From Acutalibacteraceae bacterium (lineage in GTDB: Bacteria > Bacillota > Clostridia > Oscillospirales > Acutalibacteraceae), in assembly GCA_045656265.1 (NCBI GenBank), contig JAZOQV010000055.1:4541-68540 (forward strand): 64,000 nucleotides of DNA, written 5' to 3'. Below, one piece after another: positions 10,865 to 19,196 of the stretch (positions are counted from its first letter, which is position 1; each line of letters opens with the position of its first letter). Under the pieces are notes generated by a model. It made no database searches, had not been told where the DNA came from, and saw nothing but the letters and a program-made list of their open reading frames with translations. Both the position numbers and the translations under genes were made by a program.

Positions 10865-11800
10865 ATGAAAAATAAAATTATTGAACTAGCCAAAAAATGT
10901 AGTGCAGATATTGTTGGCTTTGCACCCGCTTCGCGTTTTGATAAAGACGATGCTATTTTTAAAATTATGCCCGAAACCAAAACTGTTATCGGCCTTGCAT
11001 TTCGTGTACTTCGCGGTGCTTATCGCGGTATAGAAGAGGGTAGTACCTATTATCAATATACAACTATGGGCGTTGAAAATATGGAAGAAACCATTATGCC
11101 TATGGCAAGCATCCGAGTTGCAAACTTAATTGAAGAAGAGGGCTTTATCGCTTTACCGCAACGCCGTCATCAACAAATTATGGCAGAGGGTAACAGTAAT
11201 AATCCGGAAGTTGCTTATGATTCAGTTTATAGAAACAAGCCACAAGAGGTGCAAATGGACTTTTTAGATGCAGCCGTTAAGTGCGGACTTGGCGAAAGAA
11301 GTTTTCATAATACGCTTTTAACCGATGATTTTGGACCAATGGTTAGATATTGTTTTATTTTGACCAATGCCGAAATAGAAAGCAGCGATATGGTTGAACC
11401 ACACCTTTGCGATGGTTGTGGCAAATGTGCCGCCGCTTGCCCGGGCAAAGCAATTAACGAACATGGCGAGGTTGACCCTTGGCAGTGCACTGTATATTAT
11501 AATGGTGCGAATGGTACTAAAAACCCATTTATGCCACCTGAAGCTTTTGAAGACTTTGAAAACCGCTTAGAGATTATAAGTGGCGAAGCAACGGTTGATC
11601 CCGAAACAGCCAGAAAAATACTTGATAACATTTATTTCTATCCGCCCGCACAACACGCTTATCAGTGTTCTATCTGCGGTAGGGCTTGCGACGTTGCCTG
11701 CTATATTCATTTAGAAGAGCAGGGCAAATTAAATAAGAAATTTAAAACACCATTTAGAAAAAGAGAAGAATGGCACTTTAAAATCGACGATTTTAAATAA
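10865..11800 (+). CDS. QueG/reductive-dehalogenase-superfamily-like 4Fe-4S protein, paralog 3
   Basis: 311 aa. AAVKCGLGERS, FGPMVRYCFILTNAEIE, CDGCGKCAAACPGKAI, WQCTVYY, CSICGRACDVAC. Confidence 0.6.
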   Translation: MKNKIIELAKKCSADIVGFAPASRFDKDDAIFKIMPETKTVIGLAFRVLRGAYRGIEEGSTYYQYTTMGVENMEETIMPMASIRVANLIEEEGFIALPQRRHQQIMAEGNSNNPEVAYDSVYRNKPQEVQMDFLDAAVKCGLGERSFHNTLLTDDFGPMVRYCFILTNAEIESSDMVEPHLCDGCGKCAAACPGKAINEHGEVDPWQCTVYYNGANGTKNPFMPPEAFEDFENRLEIISGEATVDPETARKILDNIYFYPPAQHAYQCSICGRACDVACYIHLEEQGKLNKKFKTPFRKREEWHFKIDDFK

Positions 11801-11812
11801 AAAATATAAAAA

Positions 11813-11841
11813 ACGGTAGCAATGGTAATTGCTGCCGTTTT
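11813..11841 (+). terminator. intrinsic terminator of the 7918-11800 operon
   Basis: ACGGTAGCAAT / ATTGCTGCCGT stem (one G-U), GGTA loop, T-run. Confidence 0.75.
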
Positions 11842-12008
11842 GCTTTTAATACCCCTTGTTTATAGTAACGCGACAGAGTTGTTTTATAATGAATAAATTA
11901 TAAAAATTAGTAAATAATTACAAATAGTAAATTAGTTATGTATATTAACTAAAATAAATATTTTATATGAAAAGTAATTTGTCAATAAATTGTTAAAACT
12001 GCCGAAAT

Positions 12009-12021
12009 GCACAAATTGTGC
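12009..12021. promoter_or_regulatory. 13-bp perfect palindrome, candidate operator
   Basis: GCACAA-A-TTGTGC lies 10 bp upstream of the -35 of the XRE-family gene promoter. Confidence 0.25.
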
Positions 12022-12030
12022 TAAATTTAA

Positions 12031-12059
12031 TTGACAATAACAACTATATTTTGTATAAT
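12031..12059 (+). promoter_or_regulatory. consensus sigma-A promoter
   Basis: TTGACA, 17 nt spacer, TATAAT. Confidence 0.6.
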
Positions 12060-12109
12060 TGTTATATACTATTATACAAAAATATGCAAGTTAAGAGGGT
12101 GAATTATTT

Positions 12110-12403
12110 ATGCCAGAGTTCAAAATCAGCTCAACACGTCAAGAACTTATAGACGAACTAGTCGCATCGCTACCTTTCTTTAGAAAATCAATGCATATAT
12201 CCCAGTCCGACTTAGCAGAAACCATTGGCAAAAGCCGTCAAACCATCTCGGATATCGAGCGTAGAACAGCTCCTATGGGTTGGGATACATACCTTGCCAT
12301 AATCAAGGTTTTCGAGTGTAACGGACTATTCGCCAGAGAGGTTAATTTCAACTATGCTGATAAACTCAATAAGGAATTAACTCTTGGTAGCAAAAAATTA
12401 TAA
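12110..12403 (+). CDS. XRE family HTH transcriptional regulator
   Basis: 97 aa. HTH ISQSDLAETIGKSRQTISDIERR. Confidence 0.75.
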   Translation: MPEFKISSTRQELIDELVASLPFFRKSMHISQSDLAETIGKSRQTISDIERRTAPMGWDTYLAIIKVFECNGLFAREVNFNYADKLNKELTLGSKKL

Positions 12404-12441
12404 TTTAGAAATTTGAATCTCCTTTTTTCTATACTGCAAAG

Positions 12442-12467
12442 ACTCCGCCTTTTTTGGCGGAGTTTTT
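12442..12467 (+). terminator. intrinsic terminator
   Basis: ACTCCGCC / GGCGGAGT stem followed by TTTT. Confidence 0.75.
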
Positions 12468-13194
12468 GTGTATATTGGGCTTCTATTTCGGCAAAATATT
12501 TTTGGTGATTGGTTTGTTTACTACTGTTTTAAGAACCTTGATTTTATATATTCTTGTAATGGTTGCAATGCGACTTATGGGCAAGCGACAAATAGGAGAT
12601 ATGCAACCTGCGGAATTGGTTGTAACTATTTTGATTTCGGAAATTGCTTCAATTCCAATACAGGATACCACACAACCTATAATCGTATCTATTGTGGCAA
12701 TTTTTGCGTTGGTTGCTTTTGAAATTGCATTGACCGTGCTTACAATGAAATCAAATACACTTAATAATATAACTAACGGTAAGTCGGCTCTTATTATCAA
12801 AGAGGGAAAAATACTGCAACCACAACTTAAAAAGATGCGACTAACAGTTGCCGACCTTTTAGAACTATTGCGTGGGCAAAATATTTTCGATTTAAGCGAG
12901 GTTTCGTATGCAGTTTTAGAAACAAATGGAACCCTTAACGTACTGCAAAAGCCACAGTATCGGCCTGCACGTGTAATGGATTGTGCTAAGGTAACAGAGC
13001 CCGATTCATACCCGTCGTTAGTTATCAGTGACGGCAAGGTTTTAAAACGCGGTATGCAAGACGTTGGTATTAGCGAAACACAAATAGATAGGATTTTAAG
13101 TTCTAAGCATATAAAACGCTCTGAAGTATTTATAATGACGGTTGATAGGTTTAACAATGCGGTAATTATAAAAAAGGAGAATGTAAATGAGTAG
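12454..13194 (+). CDS. DUF421 (YetF-like) membrane protein
   Basis: MRLMGKRQIGDMQPAELVVTILISEIAS plus a YetF-type C-terminal domain. The track start overlaps the upstream terminator, so the true start is probably an internal TTG/GTG near 12475-12505. Confidence 0.75.
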   Translation: MAEFLCILGFYFGKIFLVIGLFTTVLRTLILYILVMVAMRLMGKRQIGDMQPAELVVTILISEIASIPIQDTTQPIIVSIVAIFALVAFEIALTVLTMKSNTLNNITNGKSALIIKEGKILQPQLKKMRLTVADLLELLRGQNIFDLSEVSYAVLETNGTLNVLQKPQYRPARVMDCAKVTEPDSYPSLVISDGKVLKRGMQDVGISETQIDRILSSKHIKRSEVFIMTVDRFNNAVIIKKENVNE

Positions 13195-13549
13195 AATAAT
13201 AGCTTCCGCAATAATTTCTTTGATTATTGTTATTCTTTGCATAGCCGAAAGGGCAGGGGTTAATGCAATAATAGATGAATCAAAAAATTATATTAAACAA
13301 ATGGAAACCGAGTATAAAGAAGACGACTCTCAGGCTAAAGAGACCGCCAAGAAACTAAATGAATACTGGGAAAGCAAAGAAAAACTATTGTGCCTTTTTT
13401 ATGCTGATAGCGAACTTGATAATATTAGCGTAGACGTTGCCACGATGCCTTATCTTTCAAAAAAAGATGATGAGTTTTTGCACTACTGCAATACAATACT
13501 AAAAAGGTTAGACCTTCTAAACGACCATTCTAAAAGAGTGTTTGGATAA
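13187..13549 (+). CDS. DUF4363-like small membrane protein
   Basis: 120 aa with an N-terminal TM segment. It overlaps the DUF421 stop by 8 nt. DUF421/DUF4363 is a recurrent gene pair in Firmicutes. Confidence 0.55.
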   Translation: MSRIIASAIISLIIVILCIAERAGVNAIIDESKNYIKQMETEYKEDDSQAKETAKKLNEYWESKEKLLCLFYADSELDNISVDVATMPYLSKKDDEFLHYCNTILKRLDLLNDHSKRVFG

Positions 13550-13581
13550 AAAACCGCCTATGTTAGTGATAGGCGGTTTTT
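13548..13581. terminator. bidirectional intrinsic terminator
   Basis: CCGCCTAT / ATAGGCGG stem flanked by A- and T-runs, between convergent genes. Confidence 0.75.
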
Positions 13582-13583
13582 AA

Positions 13584-14213
13584 TTATTTAATCATATTGT
13601 CAATAATTTTAGAGATATAATCTACGTAAAGTTTTCCAATGAATTCCGAGCCTTTATCGTTAGGATGAACACCGTCGTTGCTAAAAGAGGTCGGCTCATC
13701 TCCAATAAATGCAGAGGCTAAAAGTCCGTCTGTTGGCAAATATACATCCGCATATTCGCGTGCAAGTTTGCGGATAATTTCAATCTTTGGCGCCAAATCT
13801 TCTCTAAAGAAAAGTTTATCAGGCACAGGGATTAAGAAAGGTTCCATCATCATAAGTTTTGCGTGTGTTTTTTCTTTAATGGTATCTAAAATAGTGCGAT
13901 AACGTTCTTCAAAAAGGTTGTTGTCTAGCCATTTTTTACCTTCAGCATAATGCCAAACGTCGTTAATGCCTATAAGAATTGATACAATGTCGGGGTTAAT
14001 GTCAACTAAATCTTCTTGTAATCGATTTATAAGATGCATTGTTTGGTTACCGCTAACGCCGCGGTTTACAAACTCGAATTCAACCTCTGGGTACTTTTCT
14101 TTAAGTAGCGCCACGGCATATTTTGGATAGCCAAGACCTATGTAATTCGTATCTTCTCTGGTTCTAAAGCAATCGGTAATACTATCGCCTTGAAATAAAA
14201 GTTTAATTTTCAT
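13584..14213 (-). CDS. SGNH/GDSL family hydrolase
   Basis: Starts MKIKLLFQGDSITD (block I GDS), with GINDVWH and DGVHPN blocks. GGAGG RBS before ATG 14213 (the track ORF extends to 14255). Confidence 0.8.
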   Translation of the reverse strand: MKIKLLFQGDSITDCFRTREDTNYIGLGYPKYAVALLKEKYPEVEFEFVNRGVSGNQTMHLINRLQEDLVDINPDIVSILIGINDVWHYAEGKKWLDNNLFEERYRTILDTIKEKTHAKLMMMEPFLIPVPDKLFFREDLAPKIEIIRKLAREYADVYLPTDGLLASAFIGDEPTSFSNDGVHPNDKGSEFIGKLYVDYISKIIDNMIK

Positions 14214-14429
14214 AATGATTACCTCCAACGAGCATTTCTTAAGTTTTTTATACACCTTTTATTATTAAAAGTCAAGGTTTAAAATGGTTGAAAAAGCAAG
14301 TTTATTTTAGCACTTAAGTACCCAAAGTTTGATTACCGCAAGGCACTTTCGTAACGTGCCTGGTAAATACGCTTTTAATGGATGATAAAAAATGAAAAAG
14401 CACCAAACCAAAGGTCGAGGCTTTTTCGT

Positions 14430-14446
14430 TGGCAGCGGAATAGTGG
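14430..14446 (-). pseudogene. remnant of tRNA-Gln 3' end
   Basis: The minus-sense sequence CCACTATTCCGCTGCCA matches the 3' acceptor strand, discriminator and CCA of the intact tRNA-Gln (CCCTATTCCGCTGCCA). Confidence 0.5.
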
Positions 14447-14470
14447 CTTTTGGTGCAAAGTAAAATAATA

Positions 14471-14586
14471 TTTACGGGATACTCTCCGTCGGCGTTGTTT
14501 TGACCGCTATTGGCAGTGCCCAAAACAATTCGCCTTACTCGAGACTTCGTAGTCCAAACTGCTTCGCATTTTGGCTACTTCGACGA
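14471..14586 (-). repeat. 116-nt structured element, copy A
   Basis: Gapless alignment to 14762-14877 (90/116 identical by hand count). Two stems are kept by compensatory changes. The strand is inferred from the tRNA and promoter orientation only. Confidence 0.6.
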
Positions 14587-14612
14587 TCGTTTTCGACTTT
14601 GGTCGAAAACGA
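14587..14612. other. perfect 11-bp hairpin
   Basis: TCGTTTTCGAC-TTTG-GTCGAAAACGA, abutting copy A. No U-tract follows. Confidence 0.5.
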
Positions 14613-14638
14613 TTCTCATCCAATCTACTCCATTACAA

Positions 14639-14676
14639 AAACAAATAGCCACCCCTAGATGGATGACTATTTGTTT
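14639..14676 (-). terminator. intrinsic terminator directly after tRNA-Gln
   Basis: Minus-sense AAACAAATAG...CTATTTGTTT 10-bp stem followed by TTGT. Confidence 0.6.
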
Positions 14677-14750
14677 TGGCAGCGGAATAGGGATTCGAAC
14701 CCCAACAAACAGAGTCAGAGTCTGTCGTGCTACCGTTACACAATTCCGCT
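14677..14750 (-). tRNA. tRNA-Gln (anticodon CUG)
   Basis: 74 nt cloverleaf by hand: acceptor AGCGGAA/TTCCGCT, anticodon stem ACAGA/TCTGT with loop CTCTGAC, T-arm TGGGG-TTCGAAT-CCCTA, encoded CCA. Confidence 0.85.
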
Positions 14751-14761
14751 ATATAAACTTT

Positions 14762-14877
14762 TTTACGGGATACTCTGTGCCTGCATTATTTCGACCGCCC
14801 TTGGCAGTACCCGAAATAATTTGCAGTGCTCGAGACTTCACAGTCCGCCTCGCTTCGCGTTTCGGCTGCTTCGACGA
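14762..14877 (-). repeat. 116-nt structured element, copy A'
   Basis: Fused at its minus-sense 5' end to the truncated tRNA-Gln (junction GGGGTTCG|TCGAAG). See copy A. Confidence 0.6.
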
Positions 14878-14929
14878 ACCCCAACAAACAGAGTCAGAGT
14901 CTGTCGTGCTACCGTTACACAATTCCGCT
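14875..14929 (-). pseudogene. 5' 55 nt of tRNA-Gln, truncated in the T-loop
   Basis: Identical to positions 1-55 of the intact gene. It continues into element A' instead of the T-loop and acceptor 3' strand. Confidence 0.7.
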
Positions 14930-14979
14930 AGGTTTTAAGTTGTTTTGTTACTCGCTTATTATCTACGGGCAACGATAAT

Positions 14980-15007
14980 ATTATACATCATTTACCGCTT
15001 TTGTCAA
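14980..15007 (-). promoter_or_regulatory. sigma-A promoter reading into the tRNA-Gln locus
   Basis: Minus-sense TTGACA, 16 nt spacer, TATAAT. Confidence 0.55.
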
Positions 15008-15065
15008 GCATTTTTTTACAAAAATTAAACGCACCCCAAATTTTTTCTGAGGTGCGTTTGTGTTT

Positions 15066-16058
15066 TTAAAGTAATTCTTTACGTAGCTGCTCTGCCGACT
15101 TGTTTGAGAGGTAGGCAGGGGGGATGTCAAATACAGTTTTAGCCCCTTTGAAACCCTCTTTATTCATTCTAAAAGCTGCCCTTGCATAGCAAGCGATTAC
15201 ACTTGCTGTAAACTCGGGGTTAGAGCCAAGTTTTAGTGAATACTCAATCATTTGTGGTGTTTGTCCGTTTTCGCCGGTTACACCGCTTCTCATTACAAAG
15301 CCACCGTGTGGGAGGCTGCTATGGTCGCGCTTCATTTCTTCTAAAGATATAAAGTTAACCGTGGTGTCATAATCAGCAAAATAGTTTGGCATTGTAATAA
15401 TTTCGCGTTCAATTCTTTCTTTGTCGGCACCATCTTCTGCAACAACATAGCAAAGTCTTGTGTGCTTGTCGCGAGTAGTAAGTGTTGGATTTTCGCCATT
15501 TCTAACCTTAACTAAAGCATCATCTTTAGGGCAGGTGTATTGTCTTGCGTCAATAACGCCGTCTATTCGACGAATCGCATCAGAATGACCTTGGCTAACG
15601 CCTTTGCCCCAGAAGGTGTAATCGTTACCGTTAGGTAGTATGCAGTTGCCAAGCAAACGTTGTAAACTGAACATACCCGGGTCCCAACCAACCGAGATTA
15701 GCGCGATTTTGTTGCCTTTTTTAGCTGCATTATCGCAATTTTCAAAATGCTCGGGGATTTTAGCGTGAGTATCAAAACTGTCTACGATATTAAAATGCTC
15801 TGCAAACTCGGGGCTTTGTGTTGGTAGGTCGGTTGCGCTACCTCCACAAAGTATCATAACATCAATTTTGTCTTTTAAAGAAATAGCCTCTGAAATGTTA
15901 TAAACAGGCACATCGGGAGTTAAAGTTTTTAAAGTTTTGGGGTCGCGTCGTGTAAAGAAAGCAGCAAGCTTCATATCGGGGTTAGCGCGAACAGCAAGCT
16001 CGACACCTTTGCCAAGATTACCATAACCCATAATACCAATTCTAATTTGCTCTCCCAT
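15066..16058 (-). CDS. ddh: meso-diaminopimelate D-dehydrogenase
   Basis: Starts MGEQIRIGIMGYGNLGKG (Rossmann fold), with GWDPGMFS and WGKGVSQGHSDA blocks. AAGGTGA RBS before ATG 16058. Confidence 0.8.
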   Translation of the reverse strand: MGEQIRIGIMGYGNLGKGVELAVRANPDMKLAAFFTRRDPKTLKTLTPDVPVYNISEAISLKDKIDVMILCGGSATDLPTQSPEFAEHFNIVDSFDTHAKIPEHFENCDNAAKKGNKIALISVGWDPGMFSLQRLLGNCILPNGNDYTFWGKGVSQGHSDAIRRIDGVIDARQYTCPKDDALVKVRNGENPTLTTRDKHTRLCYVVAEDGADKERIEREIITMPNYFADYDTTVNFISLEEMKRDHSSLPHGGFVMRSGVTGENGQTPQMIEYSLKLGSNPEFTASVIACYARAAFRMNKEGFKGAKTVFDIPPAYLSNKSAEQLRKELL

Positions 16059-16174
16059 AAAAACATCACCTTTCAAAAGTAACGAAATAAAATACCTTTA
16101 TATTTTAGCATACCCAAAATAATATGACAAGTATGTATTTTATATAATTCGTGTAAAATTCGTATGAAAATAGC

Positions 16175-16202
16175 AAAAAACCGCCTAAATAGGCGGTTTT
16201 TT
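16175..16202 (-). terminator. intrinsic terminator after ssrA
   Basis: CCGCCTA / TAGGCGG stem flanked by A- and T-runs. Confidence 0.75.
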
Positions 16203-16209
16203 AAGGTTG

Positions 16210-16557
16210 TGGTGGAGATGGCGGGAATTGTACCCGCGTCCAAAAGTATTTCCGAAAGGCTTCTCCGAGTGCAGACAGTCTATTAAGATTCCCCTCACTG
16301 CACGCCGACAGTCAGGCTTGCAGTTACGGTAGTTTCTAGTTCATGGCGTTGGTCGAAACATTCCTACGCGCACGTTCACCGCTAATCGACGCCCTTAAAA
16401 GACCGCGGTACTTCCGTTAAGGACGGCTGCTTAATTAAGCAGCAAGAGCAACTTTATTGTTGTCGTTTATTTTTTAAAAATTGCGGCTTTTTAAGCGGTA
16501 CCGCACCGCTACTCGCTTCCCTTGCTTCAACGCTCTTGTCGAAACCTTTGCATCCCC
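16210..16557 (-). ncRNA. ssrA: tmRNA (SsrA)
   Basis: Minus-sense 5' GGGGATGCAAAGGTTTCGAC and 3' GGACGCGGGTACAATTCCCGCCATCTCCACCA. The internal tag reading frame ends ...NDNNKVALAA-TAA. It lies next to smpB. Confidence 0.9.
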
Positions 16558-16661
16558 ATATATTAAGCCAATAATGGCTTAAGGGATTATTATTTTACCA
16601 CGAATGTGGTTAAAAATCAAATAAATTACGTAGCCAAATTTTGCTGGTTTTCAAATGGGTA

Positions 16662-17135
16662 TTATCTGTTTTGTTCTTTAATCGCACGCCTAATGTCCAT
16701 ATCAGCGGTCTTTTTAGCAATATCTGCACGTTTATCGTACAGTTTTTTACCTTTGCAAAGCCCAACTTGTACTTTTACCCTTGAGCCTTTATAATAAAGC
16801 GATAGGGGAATAAGGGTCAAACCTTGTTGCTTTAATAAACCAAAAAGTCTTAAAATTTCGCGCTTGTGCATAAGAAGTTTGCGAACTCTTAACGGGTCGC
16901 GGTTAAATATATTACCCTTTTCGTAAGGACTGATATGCATACCTTTTACGAATATTTCGCCGTCATCAATAGAACACCAAGCGTCTTTAAGATTAACTCC
17001 GCCCGAGCGTATTGCTTTAACCTCGGTACCACAGAGTTCGATACCGGCTTCAATAGATTCAATTATAAAGTAATCGTGAAAAGCTTTGCGGTTTGTTGCA
17101 ATTTGTTTAGTATCTGCCACCGGTATCACCTCCAA
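16662..17135 (-). CDS. smpB: SsrA-binding protein SmpB
   Basis: 157 aa. [10 protein letters not shown] near the N-terminus and a basic C-terminal tail. Confidence 0.95.
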   Translation of the reverse strand: MEVIPVADTKQIATNRKAFHDYFIIESIEAGIELCGTEVKAIRSGGVNLKDAWCSIDDGEIFVKGMHISPYEKGNIFNRDPLRVRKLLMHKREILRLFGLLKQQGLTLIPLSLYYKGSRVKVQVGLCKGKKLYDKRADIAKKTADMDIRRAIKEQNR

Positions 17136-17225
17136 TTTTTTACAAGATATATATTATCATATAAAGCGTGGCTTTTCAATAGTAATAGAATTAAAAAATA
17201 TTGCTAAAAAGTTACATAATTTGCG

Positions 17226-19196
17226 TTATTTTACTCCTTGTTCTAAAAAGTAGTTAACAACACCGCAAACTATTCCGTCAATATACTGACGCTTAAACTG
17301 GGGGTCTTTGATTAGTTTAAAATCTTTAGGACTTGTAAGATAACCGTTTTCTGTAAGCACAACCGGACAGAATGCGCAACGGCTTAAATTAAAGTAATGC
17401 CATTTAAGCCCGTTACCAACGGGTTTCATAAGGCCCGTTGCTTTAAGTGAGTTATTTATCTTGTTTGCTGCGTTATAAGTAAACGGATAGAAATAACCTG
17501 CAAAAAAGCCTGATGCTTTAGGGTCAGAAGACCCATTGAAATGTACAGAAATAACAAGGTCTGCGTTGGCGTTTCTTATACAGTTATAGCGGCTTTGCAA
17601 GGTTCTTGAAACATCCTTAATTCGCGTCATAGTAGCAGTAGCGCCGATGCTTTTTAAAGCAAGTGCTAATTCTATTCCATAGTTAAGTGTGTATTCTTTT
17701 TCGTAAGTTTTAGTGCCGAAGGCATTGTAGGTGCCCGATTCGTCTCCGCCATGCCCTGCATCAACAAGTACCTTTATACCATCTAGCGAGTAACCGTATT
17801 TATTGCTTCTTGTAGGCGTAATCTTGCTTGGGTTTAAAAACGAGAAGGTAACGCAACCATTATTTTGGTATCTTGCGTCCCATCCGTAAAAAGCGCCCGG
17901 TTTTTTTAAGTAAAGTCTTAAAGTGCAGCCGTACGAATCTTTAATTATGTGATAACTGGAAAATATTTTGTTATTGGCAAGGTTTAGTTTGCCGGAAATT
18001 TCGGTACTGTAAGCAAAAACTATATCTATATATGTAAAGGTTTGACCACCTATATTATAGTTTTTGGTTTTAGGATTGTCGTAACTTTGATTGCCGTAGT
18101 TAACATAAAAAGGTGCTCGCCAATCGGTTTTTAATTCAAATTTAAATCGGTTGCCTTCCTCATATTGTCTTATAAAAGATAACTTATTGCTTTCGGGTAG
18201 TTTGCCTTTGTAAATTTTAACATTTCCTTCGTCGGCATAAACACGCTTATTGCTTTTTAAAAGGTAGTATTTTTTGCCCGATTCCGAATCGAATATTGTT
18301 GTAGGGTGGCAATAATCTATCGTGCCTGTTGGTAGATAACTGTTAGTTGGGCGAGAGGTGTCATCAATAGTGCTAGAATCAAAGGTTTCGGCCATAGGTG
18401 ATATAACACGCGCAACATACTCTGATTTCATCTTAGCAAAACCTTTTTTATCGGTAGAAAAATCAAGCAAAGGGGTAGGGTTTTCATATTTAGCCGCCTC
18501 AACACTAACAATTTTAATCTTGCTAGTCGAAATGGTATATGAATCTTTGCCATATTGTGCGGTGAATTTTAATCTATCTCCGCCGCTTTTTTTATTATCT
18601 TTAGGTAAAACCATTATGCCTGAAAACCTTGTGTACGTTTTACCGTCATAAGTACCTATATTATCCGGTTCTAAAGTGATTTTTTTGCCTGCCACCGTAG
18701 CGGTAACGGTGCTTCCCAAAAAAGCGTAAGCAGTAATAGAAAATCGTGCCTCGCTTTCTAAAGTAAGTTTTTTTAGGTTTGGGGTGCAACTTTTTATCAT
18801 TGGCAGTGCATAGTTTACGATATATTCCTTTTTTGCTTCTCCGTTACTAATTGTAAACTTGTTTTTTCCAAGAGATAATGTTGCTTTATAACTAAAAAAA
18901 CCATCATCTGAAACAGTTATTTTTTCTCCGTTTATAAGCAAAGGATAATTTTTGTTGCAACTTCCGTTAAACGATAACTTGTCGATTGTAGCTTCGCTGT
19001 TTTCTTGGCTTGGCGAGGTAATGTTAAGTATGCCGTTATTGCTTGCGGTTTCTTCTGTGATTTCGTAGGGGGATAAATTATCGCTTGAAGAATTGTTTAT
19101 TCCACAACCTGTAATGATTATAAAAACAAGCGCAAAAACCAAACCTACGGCAATAAGTCGCAGGTAGTTATTTAATTTTGCGCTTAAAATCTTCAT
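17226..19196 (-). CDS. N-acetylmuramoyl-L-alanine amidase with a large N-terminal domain
   Basis: 656 aa with an N-terminal TM/signal anchor. C-terminal Amidase_3 motifs VLVDAGHGGDESG, DLVISVHFNGS, ENGYLTSPKD. Confidence 0.8.
   Translation of the reverse strand: MKILSAKLNNYLRLIAVGLVFALVFIIITGCGINNSSSDNLSPYEITEETASNNGILNITSPSQENSEATIDKLSFNGSCNKNYPLLINGEKITVSDDGFFSYKATLSLGKNKFTISNGEAKKEYIVNYALPMIKSCTPNLKKLTLESEARFSITAYAFLGSTVTATVAGKKITLEPDNIGTYDGKTYTRFSGIMVLPKDNKKSGGDRLKFTAQYGKDSYTISTSKIKIVSVEAAKYENPTPLLDFSTDKKGFAKMKSEYVARVISPMAETFDSSTIDDTSRPTNSYLPTGTIDYCHPTTIFDSESGKKYYLLKSNKRVYADEGNVKIYKGKLPESNKLSFIRQYEEGNRFKFELKTDWRAPFYVNYGNQSYDNPKTKNYNIGGQTFTYIDIVFAYSTEISGKLNLANNKIFSSYHIIKDSYGCTLRLYLKKPGAFYGWDARYQNNGCVTFSFLNPSKITPTRSNKYGYSLDGIKVLVDAGHGGDESGTYNAFGTKTYEKEYTLNYGIELALALKSIGATATMTRIKDVSRTLQSRYNCIRNANADLVISVHFNGSSDPKASGFFAGYFYPFTYNAANKINNSLKATGLMKPVGNGLKWHYFNLSRCAFCPVVLTENGYLTSPKDFKLIKDPQFKRQYIDGIVCGVVNYFLEQGVK

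Noticed and set aside
14471-14877. Possible twister ribozyme. The conserved loop CACTGCCAAT.GC.GGTC resembles the CACUGCCAAUGCCGGUC stretch I remember from a twister ribozyme sequence.
   Set aside because: The rest of the twister core as I recall it is absent: a P4 hairpin with a CCCAAGC loop, a 3' GGAGGG-type strand, and a UA cleavage context. Here the motif sits in a terminal loop, so the match is probably coincidental. Only a covariance-model search could settle it.
14510-14938. Track ORFs 14510-14938 (+), 14659-14931 (+) and 14314-14523 (-).
   Set aside because: They read through the tRNA-Gln gene, its fragments and the two repeats. They have no RBS, and their repetitive amino-acid content simply mirrors the nucleotide repeats.
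16140-16165. Shared ACGAATTTTA..CGAATT motif downstream of both the ssrA terminator (16140-16165) and the tRNA-Val terminator (27537-27575). It could be an att remnant of an integrase targeting tRNA-like genes.
   Set aside because: Only about 10-16 nt are shared, in AT-rich DNA. The 27543-27562 copy is simply a 9-bp-arm hairpin that can serve as the mscL terminator, and the other copy lies upstream of the ddh promoter. No integrase or island content lies adjacent.
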